A DNA stretch of 64,000 nucleotides from a virus, in UHGV virus genome UHGV-0134778, one strand, 5' to 3'. The stretch's first letter is position 1; every line of letters starts with the position of its first letter. The position numbers and the translations under genes are program-made. Below, piece by piece: positions 45,638 through 54,734 of this stretch. Under the pieces are notes generated by a model. The model searched no databases, was not told where the DNA came from, and was given only the letters and a program-made list of their open reading frames with translations.

Positions 45638-45871
45638 ATGAAAGTTAAATTTCTTACAGATTTAGGGTACCCTTCCTTGGTTGACTGTGTTGGTAAAATT
45701 GTGGAAGCAAAACGGCTATCTGCAAACGATAATGTTGTCATGGTTAAGGGAAAAGATTTACTAGCTGCAGGTGCAGAGTCTGGCAGGATCTCTCCTGACT
45801 ATACGTATTACCTGTCTTTAAGTAATCTACCAGAACGAGGCGGCAAAGGCCTTGAAGTTGTGGAGGAGTGA
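45638..45871 (+). CDS. small protein of the MKVK...EVVEE paralog family
   Basis: 77 aa; shared N-terminus MKVKFL and acidic C-terminus EVVEE with the 49196, 50925 and 52362 ORFs. Confidence 0.55.
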   Translation: MKVKFLTDLGYPSLVDCVGKIVEAKRLSANDNVVMVKGKDLLAAGAESGRISPDYTYYLSLSNLPERGGKGLEVVEE

Positions 45872-46413
45872 CAGGTATGCTTCTGATTAACTGGGAAGAC
45901 CTCTATGGGGACAAAGACCCTGTTGCGTTTGTTGATCGTAGGTGGAGGTACACTGAAGAACAACTGGCTGCAAAAAATTTAACTGCAAAACGCAGAAAGA
46001 TCATCCAGTGCAAGTACAAATACGCACAGTTTGCTGCAAAAGTGTCTCCACAAATCGAGAGTTTTGTACTTAAATTGTATGACGAGTACCTCAAATTCAA
46101 ATTGGATTTTGTACAGGTATACCGTGCACAGGTACGTCCAGATACCAACATCTGTAGATGGAAGGTTGTTTGTGATGGTAAAGATTTGCCGCTCAGTTTG
46201 ACAATTGAGTGGCGTTGGGGGTATCATGAGTGCGGTTTGTATGATATTTGGGATGTCATTGTAGATCCTGCTAAGTACCTGAACACAGAGGAGCTGGAAT
46301 ATATCAATAAGGTTATTCTAGATATGTTTTTCAGCTACACCCATGAAAACTCTGAGAAAGAACGGGATAATTTTCTTGACACCCTCGGCAACCACCTGCA
46401 GTGTACAATTTAA
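45868..46413 (+). CDS. hypothetical protein
   Basis: 181-aa ORF. Confidence 0.5.
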   Translation: MTGMLLINWEDLYGDKDPVAFVDRRWRYTEEQLAAKNLTAKRRKIIQCKYKYAQFAAKVSPQIESFVLKLYDEYLKFKLDFVQVYRAQVRPDTNICRWKVVCDGKDLPLSLTIEWRWGYHECGLYDIWDVIVDPAKYLNTEELEYINKVILDMFFSYTHENSEKERDNFLDTLGNHLQCTI

Positions 46414-46431
46414 CCTACAAAGGAGGAGCCA

Positions 46432-46635
46432 ATGAGTATAGATGCTGTGCTGATAGGTTACCTGGTAGTAGCTGTTATAACAGCAGTAATCTTGGCAGGT
46501 ATATGCATCGTGTCTACCCGAAGGGTGAAGTTTGATGATTTTATCACCATCATCACTGCTGCGCCCTTTTGGCCTGTTGTTATCTTCATCGTAATAATGT
46601 GCCTAGTTGATTACCACAAGAATATCCGTAAGTAG
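46432..46635 (+). CDS. small membrane protein with two TM segments (holin-like topology)
   Basis: 67 aa; two hydrophobic stretches and a charged C-terminus (HKNIRK); AGGAGG RBS. Confidence 0.45.
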   Translation: MSIDAVLIGYLVVAVITAVILAGICIVSTRRVKFDDFITIITAAPFWPVVIFIVIMCLVDYHKNIRK

Positions 46636-46650
46636 AAAAAGGAGAGTAGG

Positions 46651-46804
46651 GATGGATACCGCACCTAAAACTGTTTATACTGTTCTTAAAGAGATTGCAT
46701 TCTACGCAGATCTTAGCCGGGCACCTTTATGGGAAAAGAATATGTATTTAAAATGGTGCGTGAAATTAGGGGGGCCTTCTAATGTTTCAAGCCATGTTTA
46801 TTGA
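46651..46804 (+). CDS. hypothetical small protein
   Basis: Trimmed to ATG (MDTAPK) with AGGAGAG RBS. Confidence 0.35.
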
Positions 46805-46887
46805 AATGCTCTCTGGGGTATTACTGCTGGTAGCCATTTTAGGTGGCGCGGCGCTGATGTATAATTATCTTGAAAAAGGGGACAGTA

Positions 46888-47073
46888 ATGACAAAAAATA
46901 AATCCTTAGAACAGGCTGAAAACCTTCTCCACGAGCTGGTAAAGGAGTGGAAAGTTGAATACTCAGATTTTAATGCAAGAGAGGGGGAAGATTATTGGCC
47001 TACGGAGCGCTCAGAGGGAGAGTGGTATCAAGATTTCATAGAATGGCTATATCAGACGTGCGATGAGGGGTGA
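46888..47073 (+). CDS. hypothetical small acidic protein
   Basis: Trimmed to ATG (MTKNKSLEQ). Confidence 0.4.
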   Translation: MTKNKSLEQAENLLHELVKEWKVEYSDFNAREGEDYWPTERSEGEWYQDFIEWLYQTCDEG

Positions 47074-47075
47074 CG

Positions 47076-47531
47076 ATGTTTGTTAAATATGTAAAAACGT
47101 GCCTCAACAACCTTGGTAGAGAGCATTGGTACACACTGCTTGAAAAAGGAGAAATTTTAACAAAATCTGGAAAGATAACTTTGATACCTTTGGACGATAA
47201 AGACCCGTCACTACTTGTCATAGATGATTACGTTACAGGTGTGTCGTACGAGGTATCTGTGGAGAGGTTAATACGCAGATCTGGAGGTCCTTATGACCGA
47301 AGAGAGTATGTTTTCGATTCCGTTACAGAGAAGGAAGATCCGTCTCTAATGTTTAGGATGGTAATCAGGGATATGAAATCATCTATAAATAGGATCGTAA
47401 AGGACATTAAGGAGCCTTTTAGGGTAAAAGTTAAGAAGTTTTTTGATTCTAAGATCAACATACTTGCAGTTGTGCTAGGCGTAATTCAACTTCTGTTAAT
47501 TTTGCACTATTTTGAACTGTTGTTTAAGTAA
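47076..47531 (+). CDS. hypothetical protein with C-terminal TM segment
   Basis: ATG with GAGGGG RBS; C-terminal hydrophobic tail LAVVLGVIQLLLIL. Confidence 0.45.
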   Translation: MFVKYVKTCLNNLGREHWYTLLEKGEILTKSGKITLIPLDDKDPSLLVIDDYVTGVSYEVSVERLIRRSGGPYDRREYVFDSVTEKEDPSLMFRMVIRDMKSSINRIVKDIKEPFRVKVKKFFDSKINILAVVLGVIQLLLILHYFELLFK

Positions 47532-47591
47532 TGTGCATTATGGCACAAAGGATGTGCCATAACTAAATAAACTAAGAAAGAGGTAGAGAGA

Positions 47592-47939
47592 ATGTCAAAG
47601 ATTAAATCGATATTAATGTGGGTGGCTGTTGTAGCTTTTGTAGGATACTGGACTTGGGAAACTGAATTAAAAGATATTGGGTATACCAGTCTTGAGAGTA
47701 AGGCGTGCATTGGCATAACCGATGCATTCAGGCAGAATGCTATGGATCACGAATGTGTCGATGCAGATATAGATGAGAAACTGTCTAAGGACAAAGATTT
47801 TTACCATGGTCATGCCTTGCTTGATAGTGGTGATACTGTAGAATTCTGGTCGTGGTTCCGTGAAGATGGGACAATAAAGACAGCAGTAAAGATTTCCAAC
47901 AAAGAGTTGATGCTGTTGCAGCAGAAGGAGGTGCAATGA
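47592..47939 (+). CDS. hypothetical protein with N-terminal signal/TM segment
   Basis: AAGAGG RBS; N-terminal hydrophobic segment ILMWVAVVAFVGYW. Confidence 0.5.
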   Translation: MSKIKSILMWVAVVAFVGYWTWETELKDIGYTSLESKACIGITDAFRQNAMDHECVDADIDEKLSKDKDFYHGHALLDSGDTVEFWSWFREDGTIKTAVKISNKELMLLQQKEVQ

Positions 47940-48205
47940 TCTGGATATCCTACGCTGATGGCACCATGCTGTATACTGCAGGTACTAGATATGAAGTTAA
48001 GGAGGACGATAAAAAATTTATCGTAAAAACATTTGACAAGGACGACAACCTTTTGCTAGAATTGACTTACAAGGTTGGGGATGTATCTAGCATCCAATTG
48101 GATTGCGGTCATAAAGATAACCCGCTCAAGAAACCTGGGGTAGGTAAAGCTTCAGAAGAACGCCTGTCTCGTATTGCAGAAAGCGTTTCTGCACAAAAAA
48201 TCTAA
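47936..48205 (+). CDS. hypothetical protein
   Basis: 89-aa ORF, start/stop overlap. Confidence 0.45.
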   Translation: MIWISYADGTMLYTAGTRYEVKEDDKKFIVKTFDKDDNLLLELTYKVGDVSSIQLDCGHKDNPLKKPGVGKASEERLSRIAESVSAQKI

Positions 48206-48220
48206 AAAGGGGACTAGAAA

Positions 48221-48415
48221 ATGAAAAACTTACATTTTAACACTTATTACTACAACACTTTGAATGATTTGTATTATATTGTTCGAAGTAAAAATCCTGA
48301 AACAGTCCTATTCTGCCGCGAACCTTTCAAAGGAGAGGAAGTGGAGTCTGAGATGAATGTTAGCCAGATTACCTCTTTGTTGCTCTCAGGTGCAATGGAA
48401 GAAGCAATATTCTAA
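48221..48415 (+). CDS. hypothetical protein
   Basis: 64-aa ORF. Confidence 0.4.
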   Translation: MKNLHFNTYYYNTLNDLYYIVRSKNPETVLFCREPFKGEEVESEMNVSQITSLLLSGAMEEAIF

Positions 48416-48433
48416 ACCAGGCGGGAGGGTTTT

Positions 48434-48622
48434 ATGAAGCACTATTGTCTGTCTGGTAGGATGGGGGTGGATTGTGATTGGGTTTTCTTAAAACTTGTCA
48501 GCGTTCGAGAGTCCATCCCAGAGGAAGAGCAAGAAAGCGAGCTGATGTCATGGATCAACCATTACGGTAACACTTTTCGGCATGTTAAGGTAGAAGAGTT
48601 GCCAAGCGAGGCTGAATTATGA
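48434..48622 (+). CDS. hypothetical protein
   Basis: 62-aa ORF. Confidence 0.4.
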   Translation: MKHYCLSGRMGVDCDWVFLKLVSVRESIPEEEQESELMSWINHYGNTFRHVKVEELPSEAEL

Positions 48623-48915
48623 AACTTTTTGAGTGGTTTAAAAAGTTTAAATATAAAGCTGTAGCCATCGTGCCGTGGTCCATTCAGTGGGTTGATGAAG
48701 GTGGTCTACCGATACCTGGTGACAAAGATACTGGGTACTGGATTATGATGGAGAACGGGTTTGGAAAGCGAAAGTATACGTGCACAAACTCTACTCGATC
48801 TGCACTTAATAGAGTGCCTGGTTACAAACTTATGGTTGTGTGGAAAATGTCAGGCGTGCCTCCAGCCAATGCTCAATTTCTTACTGACAATCCGACCACG
48901 GTAGAGGGAGATTGA
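48619..48915 (+). CDS. hypothetical protein
   Basis: 98-aa ORF. Confidence 0.45.
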   Translation: MKLFEWFKKFKYKAVAIVPWSIQWVDEGGLPIPGDKDTGYWIMMENGFGKRKYTCTNSTRSALNRVPGYKLMVVWKMSGVPPANAQFLTDNPTTVEGD

Positions 48916-49199
48916 TAATGAAAAAGATTAACAGTAGTGAAGTAGAGTTTAAACTTGTCGGAAAAGGCACTTACTGGGAAGTTCGTCAAAAGGTATATTT
49001 GTTCGGTCTTATTCCCTACTGGTCTAAATTCTACTGGGGAGCTAACGAGTTGGGAAGATACGCCACCAAATCAATGGCACTTATTGGTATAGCAGAGTAC
49101 ATTGCAGCCCGAGACAGGGTTGGAACCACTTATTACTACACTGCTGACGATATTCGTAACAGTGTTTACGTCCCACAACCACCTGATGGAGACCGTTGA
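48912..49199 (+). CDS. hypothetical protein
   Basis: 95-aa ORF. Confidence 0.45.
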   Translation: MIMKKINSSEVEFKLVGKGTYWEVRQKVYLFGLIPYWSKFYWGANELGRYATKSMALIGIAEYIAARDRVGTTYYYTADDIRNSVYVPQPPDGDR

Positions 49200-49423
49200 T
49201 GAAAGTTAAAGTTTTAGATTCAAGCTTCTATATTGGTCAGGAGCCTTTAGTAGGAAAAGTGTTTACTGCTGTCCCTAACGAAGATTACCCTGACCTTTTA
49301 AAAATAAAAGGAGCAGATCTTATTGCCGCTGGTGCATCTCAGGAATGCTTTGACAGTCAGTGGACCTATAACTTTGCCCTAGGTGAGGATGTAGAGGTAG
49401 TGGAGGACGATCATGAAGGTTAA
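49196..49423 (+). CDS. small protein of the MKVK...EVVEE paralog family
   Basis: 75 aa; MMKVKVLDSSFYIGQ ... VEVVED. Confidence 0.5.
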   Translation: MMKVKVLDSSFYIGQEPLVGKVFTAVPNEDYPDLLKIKGADLIAAGASQECFDSQWTYNFALGEDVEVVEDDHEG

Positions 49424-49667
49424 AATTCTTGATTCTAACGTCTACTTGGGACAATCCTTCCTGAATGGAAAGGTCGTTCCTGCGGTATACTTTGAAGGGT
49501 TGCCGTGGGATGATCCTGTGCGGCAACATCACAGTTATGTAGGCCACAACGTGGTGTTTATCTTGGGATCAGACCTGATCACCGCTGGTGCACCTGAATA
49601 TTATTTCGGGGAAGAGTCCTACTATGCCTTTGGGGTAGGGTCAGATGCAGATATTGTAGAGCTGTGA
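49413..49667 (+). CDS. small protein of the MKVK paralog family
   Basis: 84 aa; MKVKILDSNVYLGQ, closest to the preceding ORF. Confidence 0.5.
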   Translation: MKVKILDSNVYLGQSFLNGKVVPAVYFEGLPWDDPVRQHHSYVGHNVVFILGSDLITAGAPEYYFGEESYYAFGVGSDADIVEL

Positions 49668-49679
49668 TGGGTAACCGTT

Positions 49680-50078
49680 GTGAAAAATAAACTGTTTAAA
49701 GTTACAATGAAAATTCGCGGAGCTTGGAGCGTAAAGCAAGGGCGCATCCCAGAGTTTGAGAAAGACTTCTACGTAGTCTCCACCTCTGAAGAGGCTGCAT
49801 GCTGGCAGGCTGGATATGCCTATGCAAGAACCTGGTACGAAGGATACCAGACTGGAGGCTATGACGGAGAAATTGTCAGCAAGGGTGTGGAAGAAATTAA
49901 TGTGTTGACAAGTGAAAAAGTTTTTGTTATAGTGCATCCTGATTCTAGAGTGAAGCATTACTGGAATGCCAGAACAAAAACCTGGACACCGTTTGCAGAT
50001 TCTGCTACACCGCTTTTAAACCAGAAAGCTCTTGACTCTGCCCCAAGCTATGGGGTTGTTGAAGAAAAGATAAGCTGA
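49680..50078 (+). CDS. hypothetical protein (paralog of 51887-52282)
   Basis: 132 aa; shares VIVHPDSRVKHYWNARTKTWTP-type segment with the 51887 ORF. Confidence 0.5.
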   Translation: MKNKLFKVTMKIRGAWSVKQGRIPEFEKDFYVVSTSEEAACWQAGYAYARTWYEGYQTGGYDGEIVSKGVEEINVLTSEKVFVIVHPDSRVKHYWNARTKTWTPFADSATPLLNQKALDSAPSYGVVEEKIS

Positions 50079-50095
50079 AATAGTGGGGTACTTAC

Positions 50096-50386
50096 ATGAT
50101 GGATTTAGTTTTGGACACTGATAACACCGAATCGTTTAAAAAAGATGGTGTAATAAGCATGGACCAACCCTGCCATGCCAAGATTGACTCAAAATGGACC
50201 TACAAGTTTGACGGTGAGATCTTCGCAAATGATGAGAAGGTCGTGGATGCTGTAGCCATTTTAAACGCTTTAGGGTATGACCCTGTGAACTCATTGATCA
50301 AGGATCCTGTTGAGTTTGCAGAGTATGTTCGTAAAATGGCAGATCTTGCAGTAGATATTTTAAAAACTATCGACGACAAGCTGTAA
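50096..50386 (+). CDS. hypothetical protein
   Basis: 96-aa ORF. Confidence 0.45.
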   Translation: MMDLVLDTDNTESFKKDGVISMDQPCHAKIDSKWTYKFDGEIFANDEKVVDAVAILNALGYDPVNSLIKDPVEFAEYVRKMADLAVDILKTIDDKL

Positions 50387-50392
50387 AAACTG

Positions 50393-50421
50393 TTGACACA
50401 ACACTTGATCTTTAGTATCAT
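50393..50421 (+). promoter_or_regulatory. sigma70-like promoter followed by a leader hairpin
   Basis: TTGACA-N17-TATCAT; hairpin AGAGGG-tttggtt-CCCTCT plus T-rich tail at ~50431-50455 between promoter and RBS. Confidence 0.55.
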
Positions 50422-50468
50422 TATTTTCAAAGAGGGTTTGGTTCCCTCTTCTTTAAAAGGAGCACGTT

Positions 50469-50786
50469 ATGCAGATTGAAATCACTGGCAACGTAGAGAT
50501 CACTGAAGGTATGGTGTCTTTCATTTCCCACAAAATGTCCAAACTGGAGCGTTTGCACCCATCTGCCAACTATGCACGTGTGAGTGTAAAAGTTGAAAAT
50601 GATCACCAGGAAGTTATGGCTTTTATTTTTGACAATTCTGGGAAAGAAGTTATCGCCAAAGCTAAAGGTAGCGATGCTTACGAGGCAACTGACCGTATGG
50701 TGGATGTTGCAGCACGCCAGTTGGCTAAATGCGGTGGAAAGAAAGGTAAGGGAAAAGGTAAAGTAAAGATTGACTTTTTAGATTAA
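50469..50786 (+). CDS. hypothetical protein with Gly/Lys-rich C-terminus
   Basis: 105 aa; MQIEIT N-terminus; GKKGKGKGKVK tail. Confidence 0.5.
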   Translation: MQIEITGNVEITEGMVSFISHKMSKLERLHPSANYARVSVKVENDHQEVMAFIFDNSGKEVIAKAKGSDAYEATDRMVDVAARQLAKCGGKKGKGKGKVKIDFLD

Positions 50787-50924
50787 GGTGCTACAATGGG
50801 CATGATTAAGAAATTAGTCCCAAATGTAGAGATTGCATGCTTTGAAATTATGTTTGCAATCGCAGTTGTAGTTAATGTGTTAGGTTACGGCTATTAATTA
50901 TCAAATAATTGAGGAGACCTCTAA

Positions 50925-51194
50925 ATGAAAATTAAATTATTCAAAACTGAGCTGGCAGACAAAAACTGCGGACTGGTTGAAGGCATGATCGTTGAAGCAC
51001 AACCAGTTGACTACATGAAGGTGGTTCGTGATGCCCTGGGTGAAGGTTTTGATCTGATGGAGCCAGCTCTGCGAGAAGATGTCATCGAGATGGCTAAAAA
51101 GCACACACCGGAAGGTTTGGTAGTGTTTGTTGCACCAGGTAACGGGGAAGAGTTGATTGTAACTCCGGATGTGTATGAGGTTGTAGAAGAGTAA
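50925..51194 (+). CDS. small protein of the MKVK...EVVEE paralog family
   Basis: 89 aa; MKIKLFK ... YEVVEE. Confidence 0.5.
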   Translation: MKIKLFKTELADKNCGLVEGMIVEAQPVDYMKVVRDALGEGFDLMEPALREDVIEMAKKHTPEGLVVFVAPGNGEELIVTPDVYEVVEE

Positions 51195-51286
51195 TCCTGC
51201 TTGGGTTGGAATACTTTCCTCGACAAGAAAGGTTTATAATTATTTGTGGGAAAGGAATCCCCATCTCTTACCAGAGGTGATACTAT

Positions 51287-51550
51287 ATGATTGTTTATTT
51301 TAAAACTTCAGGTGGATACCCTGATTCTCAAAGCTTGATTGGAAAAACGTGCACAGCATACTCACCTCTTGATGAGGAGGTAAGTGGTATCCTACGAGAT
51401 ATGTATCGGATTGATCCACAAGAAGCTTTTGATCAAAACCTTGTATTTGTCAAGGGATCAGACATAAAGTCTTTGGGGGCATTCCCTGAAGCAGATGATG
51501 ATGCTGTTTATTCGTTTATGACACCTTTTGAAGCTATGGTTGTGGGGTAA
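51287..51550 (+). CDS. hypothetical small protein (distant member of the paralog family)
   Basis: 87-aa ORF. Confidence 0.45.
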   Translation: MIVYFKTSGGYPDSQSLIGKTCTAYSPLDEEVSGILRDMYRIDPQEAFDQNLVFVKGSDIKSLGAFPEADDDAVYSFMTPFEAMVVG

Positions 51551-51554
51551 GAAT

Positions 51555-51887
51555 ATGAAAGTACGCTTTATTGGTGAAACAATTCCTGTGCATCTCCGGT
51601 CTCCTGAAGACTCTGCAGATCTTGCATCTCAAAAGGCGAGAGGGTATGATAAGAAAGTGATCTCAAGCAATGTAGAGCTTGAGGCCACCAGTCTGCCTGA
51701 CCCAGCTGCATTCTTCAATCATTATGGCTACTATTTTAGCAATCTGATGAATATTGGTGAGCTTGTGTTTATTAGTGGTGGAGAGATAGTTAGCAAGCTT
51801 GGTGGAGATCCGGATATCTTTCATGAAACCTGTCCTTTTGCATTTGTGGTGGGTTCAGATGTGGAAGTTATTGAGGAGGTTCGGTAA
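51555..51887 (+). CDS. small protein of the paralog family
   Basis: Trimmed to ATG (MKVRFIGE); C-terminus VEVIEEVR. Confidence 0.5.
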   Translation: MKVRFIGETIPVHLRSPEDSADLASQKARGYDKKVISSNVELEATSLPDPAAFFNHYGYYFSNLMNIGELVFISGGEIVSKLGGDPDIFHETCPFAFVVGSDVEVIEEVR

Positions 51888-52282
51888 TGGTAAGTCTATA
51901 CCGTGTTGAGTATAGCTCGGATACTGTATACAACGTAAGAAGCAAAGATCGCAGTGATAGAGTGCAAGAAATGTATGTTCTTGCAGATAGTCCGTTATCT
52001 GCAGCGTTCAAGGCAGGAGCTCTTGCATCTCGTTGGAAATTTGAGGGTGGATCTTTCTATGAAGAAACCCTCGAAGATTCTGTTGTTATTTCTTCTGTAG
52101 AGGTTTCAACCGACTACGAAGGGAAAAAGTTCGTAATGCGGCACCCACACAGCAACATTGCGTACTACTGGGATGTTCTGAACAATGAGTGGACACCTGA
52201 TCTTCAGAAGGCCACTGTTCTAACCCCATTCCTGGCAGATAAGTTCCCACCAGAAGGTAATTTATCTGCACTGTTTCAGTAA
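51887..52282 (+). CDS. hypothetical protein (paralog of 49680-50078)
   Basis: 131 aa; FVMRHPHSNIAYYWDVLNNEWTP segment. Confidence 0.5.
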   Translation: MVSLYRVEYSSDTVYNVRSKDRSDRVQEMYVLADSPLSAAFKAGALASRWKFEGGSFYEETLEDSVVISSVEVSTDYEGKKFVMRHPHSNIAYYWDVLNNEWTPDLQKATVLTPFLADKFPPEGNLSALFQ

Positions 52283-52361
52283 TTTTATGCCACACAGGTG
52301 TTGACAACACCAACCCTGTGTGCAATAATACCTTCATCTTAACAAGATAGGAGACCGATTG

Positions 52362-52619
52362 ATGAAGATTAAATTGAAAAACCTTGAAACGGCAGAGATT
52401 CAGGAAGGTGTTGATTTCCGTTCTAAAGATGGAGACATCCTAGAGGCGAATGTCCCGACATATAAGTTGATTAAAGGTTTTGGCAACGTTCCGGAGGAGG
52501 ATATTACAGACATTCTTATGATGTTGATCCTTGACGGGACTGTGTTTGTAGGTGAAGGTGAGAACGCTATTGCAATCCCGAGCCATTTTTATGAAGTAGT
52601 TGACGAAGAGGTGCTGTAA
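52362..52619 (+). CDS. small protein of the MKVK...EVVEE paralog family
   Basis: MKIKLKN ... YEVVDEE; GGAG RBS. Confidence 0.5.
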   Translation: MKIKLKNLETAEIQEGVDFRSKDGDILEANVPTYKLIKGFGNVPEEDITDILMMLILDGTVFVGEGENAIAIPSHFYEVVDEEVL

Positions 52620-52970
52620 ATGAAAGTAGAGATCACAGGTTTTGATATGAATGCGGTTCCGGAAGATATTTTAGCTAAACTCCCGGAAGGTTTTGGTAAC
52701 GGTGTTGTGGTTGATGCTGTTCCTCCTACCAAAGACATCCTGCTGCAGTATGGTGTGGCAGAGGAAGATGTTGATAAAGTTCTTACAATGATGGCAATCG
52801 ACCGTGTTGTCGTTGTTAAAGGTCTTGAAGGTTTTGATAACGATCCTCTGATTATTCGTGGTGATGACTATCGTATCATCGACAACGAAGGTCAGGGGTT
52901 CTACGAACCTTCTGCTGAAGATGTTCTTAACTTACTACTGGAAGCAGGTACCGTAGAGGAGGCAGAATAA
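52620..52970 (+). CDS. hypothetical protein (paralog-family-like)
   Basis: 116 aa; MKVEITGF ... TVEEAE. Confidence 0.5.
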   Translation: MKVEITGFDMNAVPEDILAKLPEGFGNGVVVDAVPPTKDILLQYGVAEEDVDKVLTMMAIDRVVVVKGLEGFDNDPLIIRGDDYRIIDNEGQGFYEPSAEDVLNLLLEAGTVEEAE

Positions 52971-53299
52971 TGAAAATTGATCCGTTACTGAAGGCTCGTG
53001 CAGAAAAAGCATACACTATTAAGCTGACCTCTCTGGTTCCTACTTGTCATCCAGATGTAGGTTGGCCTGAAGGTCTGGTAGAGGGGACTGTAACAGCCGC
53101 ATATCTCCCTAACATCAAATACCTCATGGAGATCTTGGAGATGGATGAGGAAACGGCAGAACAGTTCCAGTTAGACATGAAGCAAAGTGGGACTCTGGTT
53201 ATTCACGGGTGGTATAATACTAAAGATGCAGAAGATCCCCTGGTAACTTCTAATCTGGCATATGAGATCTTAGGGCCTTTGAACTTGGGGGAAGACTAA
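52970..53299 (+). CDS. hypothetical protein
   Basis: 109-aa ORF with start/stop overlap. Confidence 0.45.
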   Translation: MKIDPLLKARAEKAYTIKLTSLVPTCHPDVGWPEGLVEGTVTAAYLPNIKYLMEILEMDEETAEQFQLDMKQSGTLVIHGWYNTKDAEDPLVTSNLAYEILGPLNLGED

Positions 53300-53586
53300 T
53301 GAAAGATTTGGTTAAGATCAAGATTAAAGACACCAATGGAGAACTCAGCCATTTTGGAATTAACGATGGTGACGAGCTGATCGCCCACCTGCCTACCAAG
53401 GAAGTTGTAAGCAAAGCGGTTGCCGGAGAAGAAGATGCAATGCAGGCTGCAGGTGTGGATGAAAACTATGTAGCAATGTGTATGTGCCGAGATCAGGTTG
53501 TTCTGTATAAAGCGTATCGACCAAATGGAGCACCTGAGTGGCTTGTTTTCCGACCCGAAGGATATGAAATTTTAGAGACGCTATGA
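53299..53586 (+). CDS. hypothetical protein
   Basis: 95-aa ORF. Confidence 0.45.
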   Translation: MKDLVKIKIKDTNGELSHFGINDGDELIAHLPTKEVVSKAVAGEEDAMQAAGVDENYVAMCMCRDQVVLYKAYRPNGAPEWLVFRPEGYEILETL

Positions 53587-53675
53587 TAAATCTTGCCAAG
53601 GTTGCAACGGCACTGTTAATTATTTGCTGGATAGTGACCTTGGCACTATGTCTTGTATTTCATTAAGGGGGCTGT

Positions 53676-53939
53676 ATGAACATCTTGGTGTGGGTTGTAG
53701 CAGTAGCGTTTGTTGCGTGCCTCTCTTGTTGGGTTGCTGTGAGGATTTCTATAGCCACTCTTCGGAAATTAGGGTTCTCAGAGTGGGATATTAATATCCT
53801 TTCTTTTCGCAATGAGACAATCTCAGCCGCCCTGCTGTGTAAGAAGTTTAAGTGGGAACCTTGTGAGGTCATGAACTATCTAAGAACAGGAGATATTCCT
53901 GAGAGATTTAAAAAAGTTCTTGACGGCAAAGACAAATGA
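53676..53939 (+). CDS. small membrane protein
   Basis: 87 aa; N-terminal TM segment VWVVAVAFVACLSCWVAV; GGGGG RBS. Confidence 0.45.
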   Translation: MNILVWVVAVAFVACLSCWVAVRISIATLRKLGFSEWDINILSFRNETISAALLCKKFKWEPCEVMNYLRTGDIPERFKKVLDGKDK

Positions 53940-53967
53940 TAGTATAGTGACTAACAAGAGGTGAGGA

Positions 53968-54108
53968 ATGACTGATTTTACTGAAGCTTTAATGATGGCC
54001 TTATCTGTTTTAGCGCTATCGGTGTGTTTTGGGGCGTTATTCACATCTCTGGTTAAAGTTTTACATACCATATTCTCACCCAAGGAGCACAGTAATGACG
54101 AAGATTGA
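53968..54108 (+). CDS. small membrane protein (46 aa), not in the ORF track
   Basis: Strong RBS GAGGTGAGGA; hydrophobic core ALMMALSVLALSVCFGALFTSLV; stop overlaps the next start. Confidence 0.4.
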   Translation: MTDFTEALMMALSVLALSVCFGALFTSLVKVLHTIFSPKEHSNDED

Positions 54109-54346
54109 CTTAAATGCTGGCGACCATGTTGTTGTCAAATGCATCGGGGATTATCTTGGATTCACAATCGGCAATACTTACGAGGCAGTGGTGGCGAAGG
54201 TTTATCATGATAAAGTCCTTAGCCTTGTATTTGACTGTGATGATGACGGAGATGACCGCTACGTCTGTGAGGTGCTGGCACGTGACGATAGTGAAGACCA
54301 GAAATTCCTGGTTATCGAACTGAACGGTATTTTTGTAGAACGTTAA
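54095..54346 (+). CDS. hypothetical protein
   Basis: ORF-track ORF trimmed to ATG (MTKIDLNAGD) with AAGGAG RBS. Confidence 0.45.
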   Translation: MTKIDLNAGDHVVVKCIGDYLGFTIGNTYEAVVAKVYHDKVLSLVFDCDDDGDDRYVCEVLARDDSEDQKFLVIELNGIFVER

Positions 54347-54374
54347 TTTAAAACAATATAAGGAGACTCTTACT

Positions 54375-54680
54375 ATGGCTAAATCTAAAGTTGAACTGTT
54401 CACCTCTCTGCCTTCTGACACTGCAGAGCGTGATCGCCTCCGTAAAACAATTGAAGAGCTGGTGGAACTTCAGCTTCAGATTAAAGATCTGAAAGACGCT
54501 ATCAAGGATATTATTCTTGTAGAGAAACAGGATCACCTGTATTCTCCTAAGTTTATCAAGTCATTGGTGGCTACCGAATTCGATATCCGCTATGAAGCTG
54601 AAAAACGTCGAGCTAAAATCGAAGAAGAGGTTGAGCACATGTCTGAAGCAGACATTCTGTTCAAACGCTCTGCAGAATAA
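54375..54680 (+). CDS. hypothetical protein, coiled-coil-like
   Basis: 101 aa with AAGGAGA RBS; followed by a strong terminator. Confidence 0.5.
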   Translation: MAKSKVELFTSLPSDTAERDRLRKTIEELVELQLQIKDLKDAIKDIILVEKQDHLYSPKFIKSLVATEFDIRYEAEKRRAKIEEEVEHMSEADILFKRSAE

Positions 54681-54685
54681 CAACG

Positions 54686-54711
54686 AAGAGGGGTCTTGGC
54701 CCCTCTTTTTT
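54686..54711 (+). terminator. rho-independent terminator
   Basis: AGAGGGG-tcttggc-CCCTCT followed by TTTTT. Confidence 0.75.
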
Positions 54712-54734
54712 ACTATCTATGAAGGAGATTAGAG

